This document shows, piece after piece, positions 12,201 through 25,625 of a DNA stretch of 64,000 bases. Source of the stretch: Tubiluchus corallicola (taxonomy: Eukaryota > Animalia > Priapulida); the NCBI GenBank assembly GCA_030141605.1, contig JAQGDQ010000295.1, forward strand, positions 62,001-126,000, in the 5' to 3' direction. A model generated the notes under the pieces. That model searched no databases, had not been told where the DNA came from, and saw nothing but the letters and a program-made list of their open reading frames with translations. Position 1 is the first letter of the stretch, and the number at the start of each line of letters is the position of its first letter. Both the position numbers and the translations under genes were made by a program.

Positions 12201-14880
12201 TTCTGCATAAAACTATCTTTTGCTCCGCCCACAACCATTATACAATGATTACCGATTTGCTGAGAATAATCCCATTAAGAAGAATACAAGACGTGTTTGA
12301 GTCTCGCTTAGGAAGTTGATTTTTGAAATTTCATACCTGTCAATTTTTTTAGGTCACAAAAACATGCTGACAGCTATTTCACTGCAGCTGCCCCCACAAG
12401 CTAAAAATTACAAACTCAGCGCAAAAGGTAATACAATAAAATTCCACTATTGGGTACACTGACTCCACCTGTCTTCAAAATCGGAAATGTGAAGACTTGT
12501 CAAGCAAGGAATCAATTATATAAGCTTTCTGAGCGACACAAAACTCTTCAATTACAGAAAAAGTGGCTATGCAAAATGCCAGTTAATGTTAATCGCGAGA
12601 ATGAATTATTGTACAATCAGCCAATCAGTGCGTGGAATAGGTTGCCAGGTGAACAGCAAATGAGGAAGAAGCGAGCTGAACACTGGAGGAAACAAAATAG
12701 TCCGATTGTAACAAATATTTAAATGTTACAACAAGACCCACAACCCTTTTTCTGACATGTAATAAAAATAAGCGATTCCTCAAGGCTGAGAGGAACAACT
12801 GCGCTTAGAATGTGCTTAGCTTTGAAGTTCAGCAGCACTGTGCCTAGCTAGCAAATTGGTGGGTGACCACCAATAAAACTGCCCGTGATTGGTTTCATCA
12901 AGCATTTTGCCACTGGCAGTTTGTCGCGTTCTGGGGGATGTATCAGATCTGAGCGATGTAACACAGAAATAGCTTCTGCCCGTTCACTGCTTTATTTAGA
13001 GGATTACAGTCGATAAAGAACCACAGTCCGGTCCCGCCACAATCAAGCAACATTTGTAGTCCCGCCACAACCAAGCGGCCTGTTGATAGCAGAACAGCAT
13101 AAAAACAGTTTAAAGGGTTGGAAGAAAGATGCGGGGCAATAACAATTATCTTACATGCAGGATTGTATACTACGTAGTACATAAATGGAAGTTCTTCAGC
13201 CAGAAAATAGGCAACTAAATTAGAAATTTTCTAAGTGATTTACTTTGGATGAAATGGTAATGCACCATGCGAAAAATCACGAGATAACATGGAATCAGTT
13301 GAACGAGATTGAAACTGGCCAGTGAGATAGCAGAAGGCGTGGTCACGGCGCGTAGAAATCTCAAATCTAACTTTACGGATGATTTTTTCTGAGAAAAAAA
13401 ACAAAAACTTCATATAAGGAAATACAAATAATTTGAACAATTTCGCAGTTTTGTTTTAATCCATTTAATGCGTCGTTCGTCAATTAGCAAATTTAATACA
13501 AATGTACGTCGTTTTAACAGCGCTGTCATCATTTAACTGCACACGACTGCAAACCATAATAATTATCCCCACATTTGCAGCACTATGCAACTGTCCCCTG
13601 AAAGGCAATAAAGGCCGGGCTGGACGAAAATCTAACGTGTATTTATGACACAATTACAGTGGTAATAAAACGAACAAGCAATAATGCTCAGTTACAGCCA
13701 GTAGTTTCATGTTTAAAATCTCCAGAAAGAAGCCAAAGAAGCCACTTTATGAAGCCAAATTTATGAGGCTCAGAGAAGCAAAACCGTGGAAATTTTAGCA
13801 AGAACAGAGACTTTACGCATTTTTTTTTGCAGAGTTAATCCCAAGACGCCATTTGCAGTGTCTAGAACAAACAAATAAATAACCTTTCCAGAAAAAAATA
13901 ACAACCACCCATGAATATAAACTTTAGATTTGTGTTACTGCTACCTATCATGCATGTAAGCAAATATGGAGAGGAAATATGCCCTTTAAAATAATATAAG
14001 GCAATACACAGATTAAATACCGATATAACAGTATAGCGTTAATACTTTTTGTGGAACGTATCTGAATCCGGGATTTTCTCCTGAATAAGCAACCTACTTG
14101 GGCGGCTTTCCGTCCACAACCTTTTTCATGTATCTTGAAGTTTGTCCGATTTAACAACCGACACATCCGATTCATCTTCAGACACTGTACATGTTCAAGA
14201 ACGCCGGTACTTGATTTTTTTTCGTTAAAAATTCTGCTTTTTAAAAAAGTTGTAAGCACGCCATCATTGCCAGCATCACCAAACTCTCTAATTCAACAGA
14301 AATCACCCGTCATGGCTATTTAGTTATTTATGTAGGCTAACTAAAAACCGGAAGTGAACTTTTTTACTATTTTTTGCAGGCTAACTAATACCCGGAATTG
14401 AACTAAAAGTTGTCAGTAAAAAAGTTGCAGCATATGCAGATGCTTTTCTGGCAGTTGAGTTGAATTTCAGTCCGTAAGTAGACCTAAATGAAACTTGTAC
14501 AGAAATATTCAATTCCAAAATAACAACCCATTATCCGAGGAATTTACTGGGCTTCCTAGCATTAGCTCTTCCCTGACTGAGTTTATAAAGAAGCCAATAA
14601 ATCAATCAATACATACATCTGTTTGAAAGTGGGATAAACTGCAATTAGAGGCGCCCAGACGCCGTGTTACAGACGTTTTTACTCGCTCATGATGAGCTGA
14701 TGCACTAATGAATGAATCTTAGCAGATGAAGCCATTGCAGGCACGCTGTCTGCTAGTCATTCATCAAATGTCTCCAATGAGAATTGCTAGAAACTGTTTA
14801 TCAACTTACACAACACAGATTACAATCACACAAAATACTTTTATATTAAATGCACATTATCTTGCATTATTTAACGTCCT

Positions 14881-15054
14881 ACATGTCAGCAGTGCCACCG
14901 AAGATGCACAATTCTCGAGGGCAAGGGGTACGGCGAGGACATGTCAGCAGTGCCACCGAAGATGCACAATTCTCGAGGGCAAGGGGTACGGCGAGGACAT
15001 GTCAGCAGTGCCACCGAAGATGCACAATTCTCGAGGGCAAGGGGTACGGCGAGG
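14881..15054 (+). repeat. Perfect tandem repeat, 58-bp unit x3
   Basis: acatgtcagcagtgccaccgaagatgcacaattctcgagggcaaggggtacggcgagg at 14881, 14939 and 14997. Confidence 0.97.
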
Positions 15055-15961
15055 GGACTGAGACCGTTGCTAATATTGCTTATAGAACAGATAGCGTTTT
15101 TTTGTAACTTTAGGAAAGGAATAATGAATGGGGAAAATTCTATTATAAATATGATTTTTTAGCTGATTAGAATTACAGGCATATGCAATCAATAACGCCA
15201 GACGCGTGGGCGTTTGCAGTTCTAGGTGCTACAGAGTAGACAATGTAAATGCTGCAACTGGTAGGCCTAGCAGAGCAATTATGATGGTGGTAATTTTTTC
15301 CTAATGAACCCAGATCACTACTGGGCCACATCATTATTCATTATTCTCTATAGATACCAACTACATAGATATGATGATCTAGAATGTGCTGTTGTTGCTG
15401 GTGGTGATGCTGATGATGACGGTGGTGGTGCTGGTAAAGATGACGATGATTCTTCTTAATAAGTCACAATAAATTATCATTATCATGACAATGACAATGA
15501 CACTGACGGTGCTGACGATGATGTGATGACGACTAAGACAACAAATCAAATAAACTCAAATTCTAATTCGAAGTCCGTCTACGCTACACCCTATTACAAA
15601 TTTATCAGCATAACAGCAAGCTTGCCTGTGCAGTGTGCAGTTTAGTCTGTGTATTACTAATGTAATTATATCATGCGCCAGTATTCATGATGCAAATGTG
15701 AATGTGTACACTGTGGTTTGGACTGGCTTATTGCATATTTAATAACCTTTGTGCAAACGTACTGCCATCTTCGTCGTTGTTAGCAAACCTCCAACTAAAT
15801 CACAGTAAATGCGTTCTCTTTAATGAGAATTCACCTCCCAGCTGAACTTCGAATCTCTCTGCAAACACACCGCTATTATTTTCTCCGCAATCTCCAGTTG
15901 TTTCAGCGGCCTCATAACACCGACTTTTATTAAATCGTGGCCGATTCTACCTGATGCGCAC

Positions 15962-15975
15962 GTCGCCATGGCAAC
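15962..15975. promoter_or_regulatory. RFX X-box motif
   Basis: GTCGCCATGGCAAC, one mismatch from the canonical palindrome GTTGCCATGGCAAC. Confidence 0.45.
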
Positions 15976-16254
15976 TAACGAACATCTCAGCGTTTCTTCA
16001 TCTCTGCAGTGCACGTAGGGGAACGCTGTTAAATGTCAAGACTGCATTAAAGGTGCACAAGATGGAAATCCTGAAGGAGCTGAATGTAAATTTAGTGTAG
16101 ATAATAACTACACCGAGTAGCTGATTTTGAGCCAACTGGCAGCTCCATCTAACGGCAGTCTTGAGTAACTACAATCCATTTAACGGAGACATCTAGATAT
16201 CTAGTGGCAGCTTTTCGGTGGGGATTCAATATAGTAACAAGTGAATTTCTGCTG

Positions 16255-16735
16255 ATATGATTTTCATATTTTACACCATTTTGAAGTACGGTAAAAGTAT
16301 ACATTTTAACACCAATAATACTAACAAAAGCATTTCTGATAATTAGATAATACATTAAATCTTTAATTAACGGCAGGCGAGCCCAACTATTCGACAGACA
16401 CACGGTGACATCACAAACGAACATAATTTTGAACAGCACAAACTTCCATGAGAGTGTTGCATGTGTTTGCATAAACGAAGATTGAAGTACAGCAAGTTTT
16501 AAGATAAAAATTCAAATTTCATATTTACCACTGTACTCACGCGTGAGCACTCAAACATATTAAGTCACAACCGGACACCTCTAAACTCAGAGGTACAGCA
16601 CCTGTTTTTTGTGCATCGTGTTTTTGAAAACACAGGTGTTAGTGATCTAACTAACAAATGGCGAAATGCATGTAACAGCAAAGAACTAGCTGCGTGATCG
16701 CGAAATTGCATTTGTGTAGTAATAATTCTTTCACG
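16255..16735 (+). mobile_element. Interspersed repeat family A, long copy
   Basis: Colinear with 60125-60640 over ~480 bp (aaaagcatttctgata, ttaattaacggc, aagttttaagataaaaattcaaatt, tgtgtagtaataattcttt). Confidence 0.85.
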
Positions 16736-17121
16736 TTTGAAAAGACTGTTTCTGGTACTGGTTCTGTTTAGTGAGAGAAGCTCAATGGTTTCGTTTGAAT
16801 ACAAGAGAAAATTTGGAAATTTGGAAAATTTCAGGAGGCTTAATTCCGAGTTATGGCAACCATCAAGGAAATCCTGGAGGGATTTTATAACGGCATCCAT
16901 TATTTGAACGTTCTACAGGTTTATGGAAGAACCTAATGAGTCCAATGACCAATGAAGGGACAAATCACTGCTGGTTAATGGTCGATTTTTAATGTTTTCA
17001 ACATTTTATGAATCTGCAGCGTACAAAGAAAGTCATTGGTTTGAATAATAATGAGAGACCTGTGTATATGTATATATATTTATTGTACTAGTTCATGTAT
17101 ATATATATTTATTGTACTATA

Positions 17122-17566
17122 TTAAAGGCCTATGTAACCCCAACAGACATTGAATTTTTTTAACGCACTATTACGATTACACAAAGAAAACATAGTTATT
17201 ATTAAACAAAAGGTACTTATAAATTAATTAACTTAACCTTTTTCTGGCGAGTTTCGAGCGCATGTGCTTTACCGCAATATCGTCATGTTTCGCGTCTTGG
17301 GCGCGAGTGAGTGAGAATGACTACGAGACACAGAAGGCGTCTTTGGTTACGGATCTTTGGTGATCTGACTGTACTCATGACGCCACTCGCCTCGCGCAAC
17401 GAAAAATGGTGTTTCTTCAATTTAAGACCGCTAAGAACGAAGTGATAAAAAATCAAAAGAAACAAGTTTTACAATGTTTATAATAAAATAAATTGAATAT
17501 TCGTAATGAGAGTAGGATTTTCAGCTTAAAAGTTTATAATGCAGTGAATGTTTAGTTTGACTTTAA
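17122..17566 (+). mobile_element. TTAA-flanked MITE family B (Kolobok/T2-like)
   Basis: TTAA-AG...CT-TTAA ends and an internal imperfect palindrome (gcgcgagtgagtg...cactcgcctcgcgc). Second full copy at 38286-38726. Confidence 0.85.
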
Positions 17567-18089
17567 TCTATATAGTATATGGATCACGCTCTTTGAGAAC
17601 TGAAGTAACTGAAACCGGAAACAGATGGATGTTCAAATGTTTTGATTAATTCTTGTGTTTTTATCGTTTTAAGGACAAGTTGAAATTTACAATCTGTTCT
17701 CTAGGCAAATGGGAAGAAGCCACATTCCATTTACGATTCACTTTTTTATATTTTAAACCATATCTATGACGTGAAAATATATCTGTGGTCTAGGAAACAA
17801 TGGGACGATTGTCGAAAAAGAACATGATGTGCAAGAAGTAATAAACAGCCCGACTCTTAACGTTTTTTTGTAATAATGTCCTACAGAGGATGTCATATCT
17901 ATAGACAATGAAAGCGTTATTCTAAGCAGCTGGGAGAAAGACTTATGAGATAAGCAACCCCACATTTTAGCGCGTGCGAACCACATGTACTTACCCAGCA
18001 CGAAAGATTTGTAAAACGCAATATCTACGCAAAACCCTTTATTTCGCATGGCAGAACCCGTCTCAGTTATTCGAGCACTTCCGTGATAC

Positions 18090-18750
18090 TTAAAGGACAA
18101 GAAAAGGGGCACCTGAAGTACGTTTCAGAAAAATTGCCTTAAAAATTATGTTACTTTATAGCAATTTCAGGCGTATAACGTACTCACGTTGAAAGGATTT
18201 TTTGTTTGTTTTCGTTTTAAAACTCCCGCTATACTGTTCCGAAGTCGCCATTACATAACGTCATATACGCACATGTAAATCAAGGGAAGAAAAGGGAACG
18301 TTAAACTAGTCCCAAAAACTTTCCATGTAAAGTTATATTACTCGGCGTTTCGCTTACCTACTTGAAAGACGTATGTAACTAGAAAAGAAAATTATTAATT
18401 ATTTAAAATGTTTTAACCAGTTGGTAAAATGTCGTTGACTCACCTCCAGGGAGCACCACTTACTAACCAAAAAACGTATTTTTCACGTAATGACAAGATA
18501 CAGTAATTTGAATTTTACTTAGTTAGCGATGTGTGCGCTACGAATGCTTTGATTATTTTTTCAAACTTTACTCAGTGCTATTTAAACTTGTTTCAAAAGG
18601 CATATGGTCAAAATGGCTGCGCTTAACGGTCATCGGGGGAGTTTAAATTTACATGCTACTATGGACGCAAGTCCTGTATGCAGAAGTGGTATAAAATTTC
18701 AAGACGAGTTTTTAAGCTTTATGTAAGTGGAGGGGTTTCTTGTGCTTCAA
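18090..18750 (+). mobile_element. TTAA-flanked MITE family C (Kolobok/T2-like)
   Basis: ttaa-aggacaag ... cttgtgct-tcaa. Colinear with the reverse copy at 46678-47310. Confidence 0.88.
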
Positions 18751-19206
18751 AGGGAAGAACAAGGCACTTAGCATGTTAGGTTTATAATAATGTTATGACT
18801 TAAACTTAGAAAAATATAACAAAGAAATTTGTAAAAAATCGTCTATGAAACGAAGTTTTTGTAATCGTATCACGGCTTTGCGTAGACAGGCGCTGCTAAT
18901 TTCTGCAGCTTACCTAATGTTCACGCAAAACTGTCACAAAATTACCTATCTAATTTTTTGAAAAAACTTGCTATATTTTTAACGGAAATTGACAGTGCAC
19001 TGCTTTTCTTCAACCGATGAATGATGTTATTGGGGGAGGAATGGGCCTTCAAAATGGCAGCACCCAAGTGTGAAATGATCGCGACTTTAAAACGATTTAC
19101 TAATTACACGAGGCGCTTATTACTCTTTTATTTCTAAATCCTTCTAACATTTTTCGCAAACATTGAAATAAGTCTAACTTCCAAGAAGGTTTGGCCTTTC
19201 CTTTAA
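18751..19206. mobile_element. Probable TTAA-type MITE abutting family C
   Basis: Starts agggaagaacaag directly after tcaa and ends gtttggcctttcct-ttaa (imperfect TIR). Confidence 0.5.
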
Positions 19207-19655
19207 CTGTAAGTCTGTGCGTTACTTATACACACGCGAACGTTTAGATGAATTTGTTATGGCACGCGGGTTGAAAGCATTCACCGAAATTTCATTTATA
19301 AGCGTTGCTTTCGCTTCTGCTTCAACTTTATCAATAAACATCTTATCAAGTTAATTAAATGCATAATTAATCAAAATCGCATATTTTAATTAGAAAATCT
19401 CAGCAAGACTAATGTAACCGCTGCGCATTATTCATAAAACTAATGAAGATAAAATGTTTCCATTTACACGGAAGCAATTTGCAGTTTTAAAGAGTTAAGG
19501 GGGGGATGTAAAAGGAATACATAATTAAGTTATCTGAGATGCATACATTTAGGCTGATAGGCAGATGCAGATGCAGCCATAGATACAAACAGGGCCAGAT
19601 AAGCATATATGTAGATGCAGCCAAGCACACAAACAGTATATATGCACACATGAGC

Positions 19656-19855
19656 TTAAAGGAAAACTGGAAGACTGATCAGACTTAATCTCATTTTAAT
19701 TTACTTTCCTAAATATTTCCTTGTCTATAAAAGTCAGCAATTGTTTCTAATATTTGAATAATTGTCTTGGAAAGTTAATTAACGGCAACCGAACACAGCT
19801 ATCGCTTACGTTACAAACCAACCACAGTCTACACAATCGTCCGAGTTTCCTTTAA
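19656..19855. mobile_element. Short TTAA-flanked MITE (family D)
   Basis: ttaa-aggaaaactggaagact ... aatcgtccgagtttcct-ttaa. Confidence 0.75.
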
Positions 19856-20184
19856 ACAGGTGACATAGCACTCGCCTATTCGAATGCTCAAGCGAATCGT
19901 ATGTATGTCTACCAACATTAAATCTACAATTCTACCACTTATATCAACACGTAAAACACAAGATTAATTTGGAAATTAATCAAATTCAACAAAAGCCGTT
20001 TCCTAGACTGACGCCACGTACCGCTATCATACAAATATTTAATTTCTTTATTATTATTCCACGCAAAGACGGGTTTCTGAAATTCTAATGGACTTTAACT
20101 GTCAATATTTACCCTACAGATTAATTTCCAGACAACCAACCAATCAAGAATCAGATGATGAGTTCAGCGGACAAGAATTGTTGT

Positions 20185-20432
20185 AATAAATGAACGAATA
20201 AACGAATTGATGAATGAAAGAATGAGGAAATAATGGGCGAACGAATAAGTGAATGAATGGATGAATGAACGGACAGACGGACGGACTGACCGATCAACCA
20301 ACCAAACAACAAACGAACCAACCAAAGAATAAATGAATGCTCTAATAAAGGAATGAAGGGCTAAAAAGAAACAAATTAATAAATGAAATATATAGGAATA
20401 AACGAACAATAAATAATGATTGAAAAAATGAA
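20185..20432 (+). repeat. Degenerate tetranucleotide repeat (GAAT/GGAC/CAAC/TAAA)
   Basis: 4-nt periodic low-complexity tract. Confidence 0.85.
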
Positions 20433-20555
20433 CAGTCATATCGAAAGAAAAGAGTAGTTATTACTATAGAACTACGTGTGAGATACGAAATAATTACAGT
20501 CTCGGGCATTACTTCACTTGTATAGGGCATGAGCACAGTCTCGTCTACACAGTCT

Positions 20556-20613
20556 ACATATACGCACACACACGCGCGCGCGCGCGCGCACGCACGCACG
20601 CACACACATACGC
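20556..20613. repeat. Alternating purine-pyrimidine (CA)n/(CG)n tract
   Basis: acatatacgcacacacacgcgcgcgcgcgcgcgcacgcacgcacgcacacacatacgc. Confidence 0.9.
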
Positions 20614-20709
20614 CCTTTTCACAAGGGCTCATACGGAACCAATGCTTCAAGACTCTTAAAGTGACACGCACTCTGCTGGGACTAAAATCCATTAGCTGTT
20701 TACTCAAGT

Positions 20710-21000
20710 ACTCACCCAGGAAACAAAAACGGCTGTAAAAGGTGCAGTTAAGTTGCCCTGAACATCGATACAAAGAACGAAACCATTTACTTGGCTTCTT
20801 TTCAAAGCGCGACTATTCACTGTGGGGTTTTCTTTGTACCGGCTTCAGCTGTGACGTCACGCGAAGCGGTGCCTGTTTCACAAAATTGATTCCCCTGGGG
20901 TTTCTCGTATGCGAAACACATTAAGCGTGTAAAAATGAGGCAACGCTCGTTTACGCGACATCGAACCACGCGTGACGTTTGTGACAGTGAACGTTTTTCA
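20710..21000 (-). promoter_or_regulatory. CpG-rich candidate promoter/first exon of a leftward transcript
   Basis: Strong donor cctgg|gtgagt at 20710-20716, palindromic CRE gTGACGTCAc at 20851-20860, and dense CpG. Confidence 0.4.
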
Positions 21001-24000
21001 AAAGGCTAGACGAGTGTTGGGGCGTACGAACAAGATTTATAGCACGATAAAACTATTTTGGTTTAAAAATAATTTTATTGAAGATTTAACATCGAACTTG
21101 GTTTGAAAGAGACAACCAAGAGATTGGTTTTACAACTGATAATATGTTCACCCCCTAGTGGGAAGTAAGCGCTAAAGACAGATGCAGACCAATAGTGAGT
21201 GACCACAATGTAAACCATTATGAACATTACTATATAAGAGTAACACAATTAATACTATTTAAAGCCCTTAGTGTTTGAAATAAAAGATGGCGCTAATATA
21301 AAAATTTGATTGTTCACAGAAATATCCATCTCGGAACAGACGTACAAGTTCATTTGTTGCAAGACTGTAAATATTGATATTAAAAGCTGACAAAAGAGTG
21401 CAGAAATCTGTAAATAAATCATGTCTGACCTGGTGGTAGAGGGCAGCTAATTAAATAACGACCAACTGTTTCATAAGTAGAACCACATTGACAACTAGGT
21501 GATACTAGCGGACTCGTAATTTTTACATTTTCTGAGGTTAAATCGTGATTAAGTTGACAAAAGCGAACTCTTATTCTAGTATGGTGAATGGATGAATATC
21601 GATTGCTACTTGCGGCTCTTATTAAAACACGTGATTCTTTAGTCGAGATTTAAAATCATTCCAACACTTAACTGAAGAGGGAAAAGGATTAGCAAAAGCA
21701 ATATAACAGACCCGTGTATTTAGAAAAATTAGAAAGCTTCTATCGTAAAATACATAACTCACAAGTAACTGCGCCATCTGAAATTCTAAACAAATCGCAC
21801 GTTATTAGCAAGTATTTGATCACCACAAATTTCAGTATCACACAGAGGTGTCAATTTCACAGGTCTTCCATCCAGGTTTTTGCCAGATCACATCTTAAAG
21901 CATTAGAAGTATAAAGTTCAGCTTGTGAGTCTGGGAGTGGAAGTAAAAACACAACAGAGCGGGCAGCCAACATTGCATTGCATTCGATCATGCAAAATAC
22001 AATCTATCTTCACGCTAAAGCCATTCACTCAGCACACCTAATGTTTACTCAGATGACCTATTTATCTCTTTAGCCTGTTGTTTAACTAGTTCATGAAGCC
22101 ATGCCGAAAATGATTAGCTGTACATGTATGTCATCTTTCAACATAACTGTGCCATCATTTTACTCTGTATAGGCAACATACACATTTTTAAAACAGTTAT
22201 TTAACTTAAAATTGCCGCAAAAATGGCAGAGCTATTGACTTTTTGAGCAACTAATTTTGTTAATTATAGCTCAGATGATAAGTGTGGAATTTTGGAATCG
22301 GAATGAATAGTCAAAATGTTTATTCTAAAAAATGATGTCTTAAAGGCATGAAGTCTTCTGGTGACCTCTGAGCACACCTTCTTATCACTTCGTCACGTGA
22401 CTTTCAAGGGTAAAAGAACGTGTCAAGTACTCGCTAAAAGCTAGCGTTAGGTAATACATTACACTTTTTTGCCTTGTCACATCCAACAGGTTCTGTCATA
22501 TTCAACGGATTAAGTGTGTACTTTGATTGAACGTCACCTCTCGTCTCAGTTAAAAGCATTTAGCGGCATACTTTCATCAGACAGCGCCCAATGACATCGC
22601 AAATGAAGCCAAAGAGTGTGGCTTCTCATTACCCAGCCTCTAATCCCCCGGTGACAGGCGTTTCCCTAATTACAAGACTGAAACGCAACTTTATTATGAG
22701 GGCATAATTAGTATTCGATATTTTAATGCCAACGGGCACAGTGGCGGCAAAATCACTCGCGTGTAGCGTCTGCAGGCTTCGTCAGGCGGCACATTTGAAG
22801 AACAGACGCGGCAAGGCAAATCCGAGGTCTCATGATACCATATCACATATACTATAACTCGAAACGTAATTAGTTATCGTGGTGTGAGTTAGTTTAGGCC
22901 TGAGGTTTACACTTTCTTTTCTACCCTCTTGAAACCACCTGTTTCACAACAATGCATGGATTTTAAATTGACGCACTTGCAAATGTGTAACAACATCATC
23001 CGGAATTCAGCCAATGTTGCATGTATAGACATCAAAGGCTAAACAGCTGTATGAAGGTTCCATTACGAAACATTGCATTAGAGAGTGTGCCCGTCTCCAA
23101 AGTACACATTAGTCTAAAAGAGATCAAATGGTGCGAGTGCAATGAAGGTTAAAAGCGTTATTGCAGAACAGGTGATTTCCCAAGAAAGGGGTTGAACTGG
23201 CTTCGTAGGCTTTGTAGCATTTCCCAATGTAGAGGTCTGCCCGAAACCAGTTGGCGGAACCAGAATACGTCAAGGATTTTAAACTAGACTGAATACTCCA
23301 ACAGTGTTTTTGACTAACCAGATTCTCTTTTAGGAAAAGGATTTTTCCGAGGAAAGAAAAATCCTGTGCGTCCCTGGCAGCTAGCACGACATTCCAGAGT
23401 GATTAATACAAGAGTGAATACATCTTCAGCATAGTGAACATATATTTGTGAAGTAATATGAACTTCTAAGGTCTCTAACATCTTTTCAATAAGTTTAATA
23501 ATGCAATACCATTTTGATGGCTGTGAAATCCACCGCCATCAAACAGCTACAGAACAAACTAGCATAACGCAAGTCCCCTTATGGAATTATGTGACCTTTA
23601 CTAGAAGCAAACTATTATTTGTGTGTTGCAGTCAACCGGTAATCCATAAATAATTAACATAATGATATCAATAACAGTGGCCGGCACAATGGGTACCAAT
23701 TACTAAACATAATAGCTCGGCAAATGCCGCTAGCACAGTTAATAACAGCTCATTCTTGCATGTAAATCTGAAAATACTATACATTCGAAGATCTGATTCA
23801 AGTTGGACAAGATCATTAAACGGTTAAATAAGCAAATCTGGGTAAGAGCATTTGCTGCAATGGAAGTACATGTATGCTTAAGGGCTCCAAGATTAGAACT
23901 ACGTTCCTTTACTATTTCATGTCATTGGTGCCATTGCTTTTGTCGTTGTCATGATCTACATCACCGTCATCATCTGTAACAACAACAGATCCAGTGCAGG

Positions 24001-24140
24001 CTTCCTATTTCCACCTTAAATTTTTAGACATCATAATACACCATTTTTAATAGTTTTGACAGAACTTGAAAGACGTATTTGGTCTTAGATGATGCCTTCA
24101 TTTCGTCCCCCTGCTATTGTAAACTCCAGACAGAACCAAA

Positions 24141-24597
24141 ATGCTGGTAAAGTACAACGAACAGTTGAAGTGCACGTCCAGTTTGCGCTTACTTTCTTCA
24201 ACATATATATCAATCAATCAGCTATATGTAAATGCTGTTAAGCTTCAGCGTGGTAAGCGTATATTTTATTACTCAGAAGCGAGGCCTATGCTTTGGAATA
24301 CTCTTTCAAATTATATGAAAGACAGGTCATCGTTACAGACCTTCAAAAAATTTGCTAAAGCTTATTTTTCGTGCATTGAATAGCTTAATATCAGACATAA
24401 GTTACAGTAATATATCTCGTTACTTTACTTATTTTGTAATTAACTTAATTTTATGTTTCTTTCAATGTTAATAATGACTTTATAATCATTTTACTCTGTT
24501 ACAGAAGCATACCATAATAGCTGCTGCAACCAAATTGCATGAATGAAATGTACATATCTGTATATATGTATATACATATATATATATATATATACAT

Positions 24598-24688
<91 letters not shown>

Positions 24689-24840
24689 CATATATACATA
24701 TATATATATATATGTATATGTATATATATATATATGTATATGTATATATATGTATATGTATAAAGCGAGGGCCTTCTTGGAAAACAGTGCTAAGCATTTA
24801 AGAAGCTACCCTCATAAAAGATTACTATAAATAAAATATA
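24141..24840 (+). mobile_element. Decayed L2/CR1-type LINE 3' end with (TA)n expansion in its 3' UTR
   Basis: Translated GKRIFYY...LWNTLSNYMKDRSSLQTFKKFAKAYF resembles the L2/CR1 ORF2 C-terminus. Tail agggccttcttggaaaa...agctaccctc...aaataaa. Confidence 0.65.
24550..24762. repeat. (TA)n microsatellite with TACA/TATG variants
   Basis: Directly visible. Confidence 0.98.
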
Positions 24841-25296
24841 ATTTTATATAATATAGGGCGTCTCTATAATAGGGCTGAATACACAGCTTACAAATATTTT
24901 GATCAAGAAGTCCGTTGACGGAATCCCCAGTCTCTCCAGCAACAGGCCAAACAAAATGCTGCCAGATTTTGTCCAGGGAATCAACTGCATTTGATCAAGT
25001 AAACCCCAAATCGCAAAGTTTCATTACTTTCTGCATTAGCAGCAGCTTTACCCATCATTAACCAGCAAGGCAAATCTCCAGCGTGAATCCCGAACGTGAA
25101 GAACTTATCTCGGTTAATACAATAAAAACTTATTACTGGACGTAATGTGCCGGAAAAGCTCGGTAAAACCACGGACGAAGTTGAGCGTCATGTCAATGAA
25201 ACTGTCTGTTGACTTGGTAAATATTGGCAATAAAGAACACAACTGATTCCTTTTGCAATTACGTGTGTTCGTGTGACAGCAATTTAAACGAAAATG

Positions 25297-25411
25297 TGTG
25301 TTGTTGTTGTTGTTGTTGCTGCTGCTACTAGTACTGCTGCTGTTGTTGTTGTTGCTTCTGCTGTTGCTGTTGTTGTTACTGATCATATTGTTGCTGCTGC
25401 TGTTGTTACTG
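25297..25411 (+). repeat. (TGT/TGC)n trinucleotide repeat
   Basis: Directly visible. Confidence 0.9.
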
Positions 25412-25464
25412 TGTGATAACTCTGTTCTCTGACATAATTTGACACACGACTGAAAACAATATAT

Positions 25465-25625
25465 CATCATCGTACACCGCCTACCTCAATTGTTGACATT
25501 GGACAGGCAGAATTCTAAAATAAAAGAAATCAGCTCGCGAGACAGGTAAACACAGCAGTAATCCAGCAAGAAACTAGACACTGCTGTGAGAAATAGCTTG
25601 TCAAAAGCACTTCCGTTTCAAAACA
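25465..25625 (+). mobile_element. Interspersed repeat family E, copy 1
   Basis: tcaattgt.gacattgg.cagg.agaattcta...acaggtaaacacagcagtaatc.agc...actagac.ctgc is shared with 35835-36000. Confidence 0.8.

Noticed and set aside
12523-12544. Partial resemblance to miR-315 on the minus strand
   Set aside because: Gap in the seed region and no complementary arm found.
19258-19290. Fragments resembling miR-124 (ggcacgcgg, gcattcaccg)
   Set aside because: No full mature sequence or proper precursor.
24486-24830. Poly-YI ORFs
   Set aside because: Translation of a (TA)n microsatellite.
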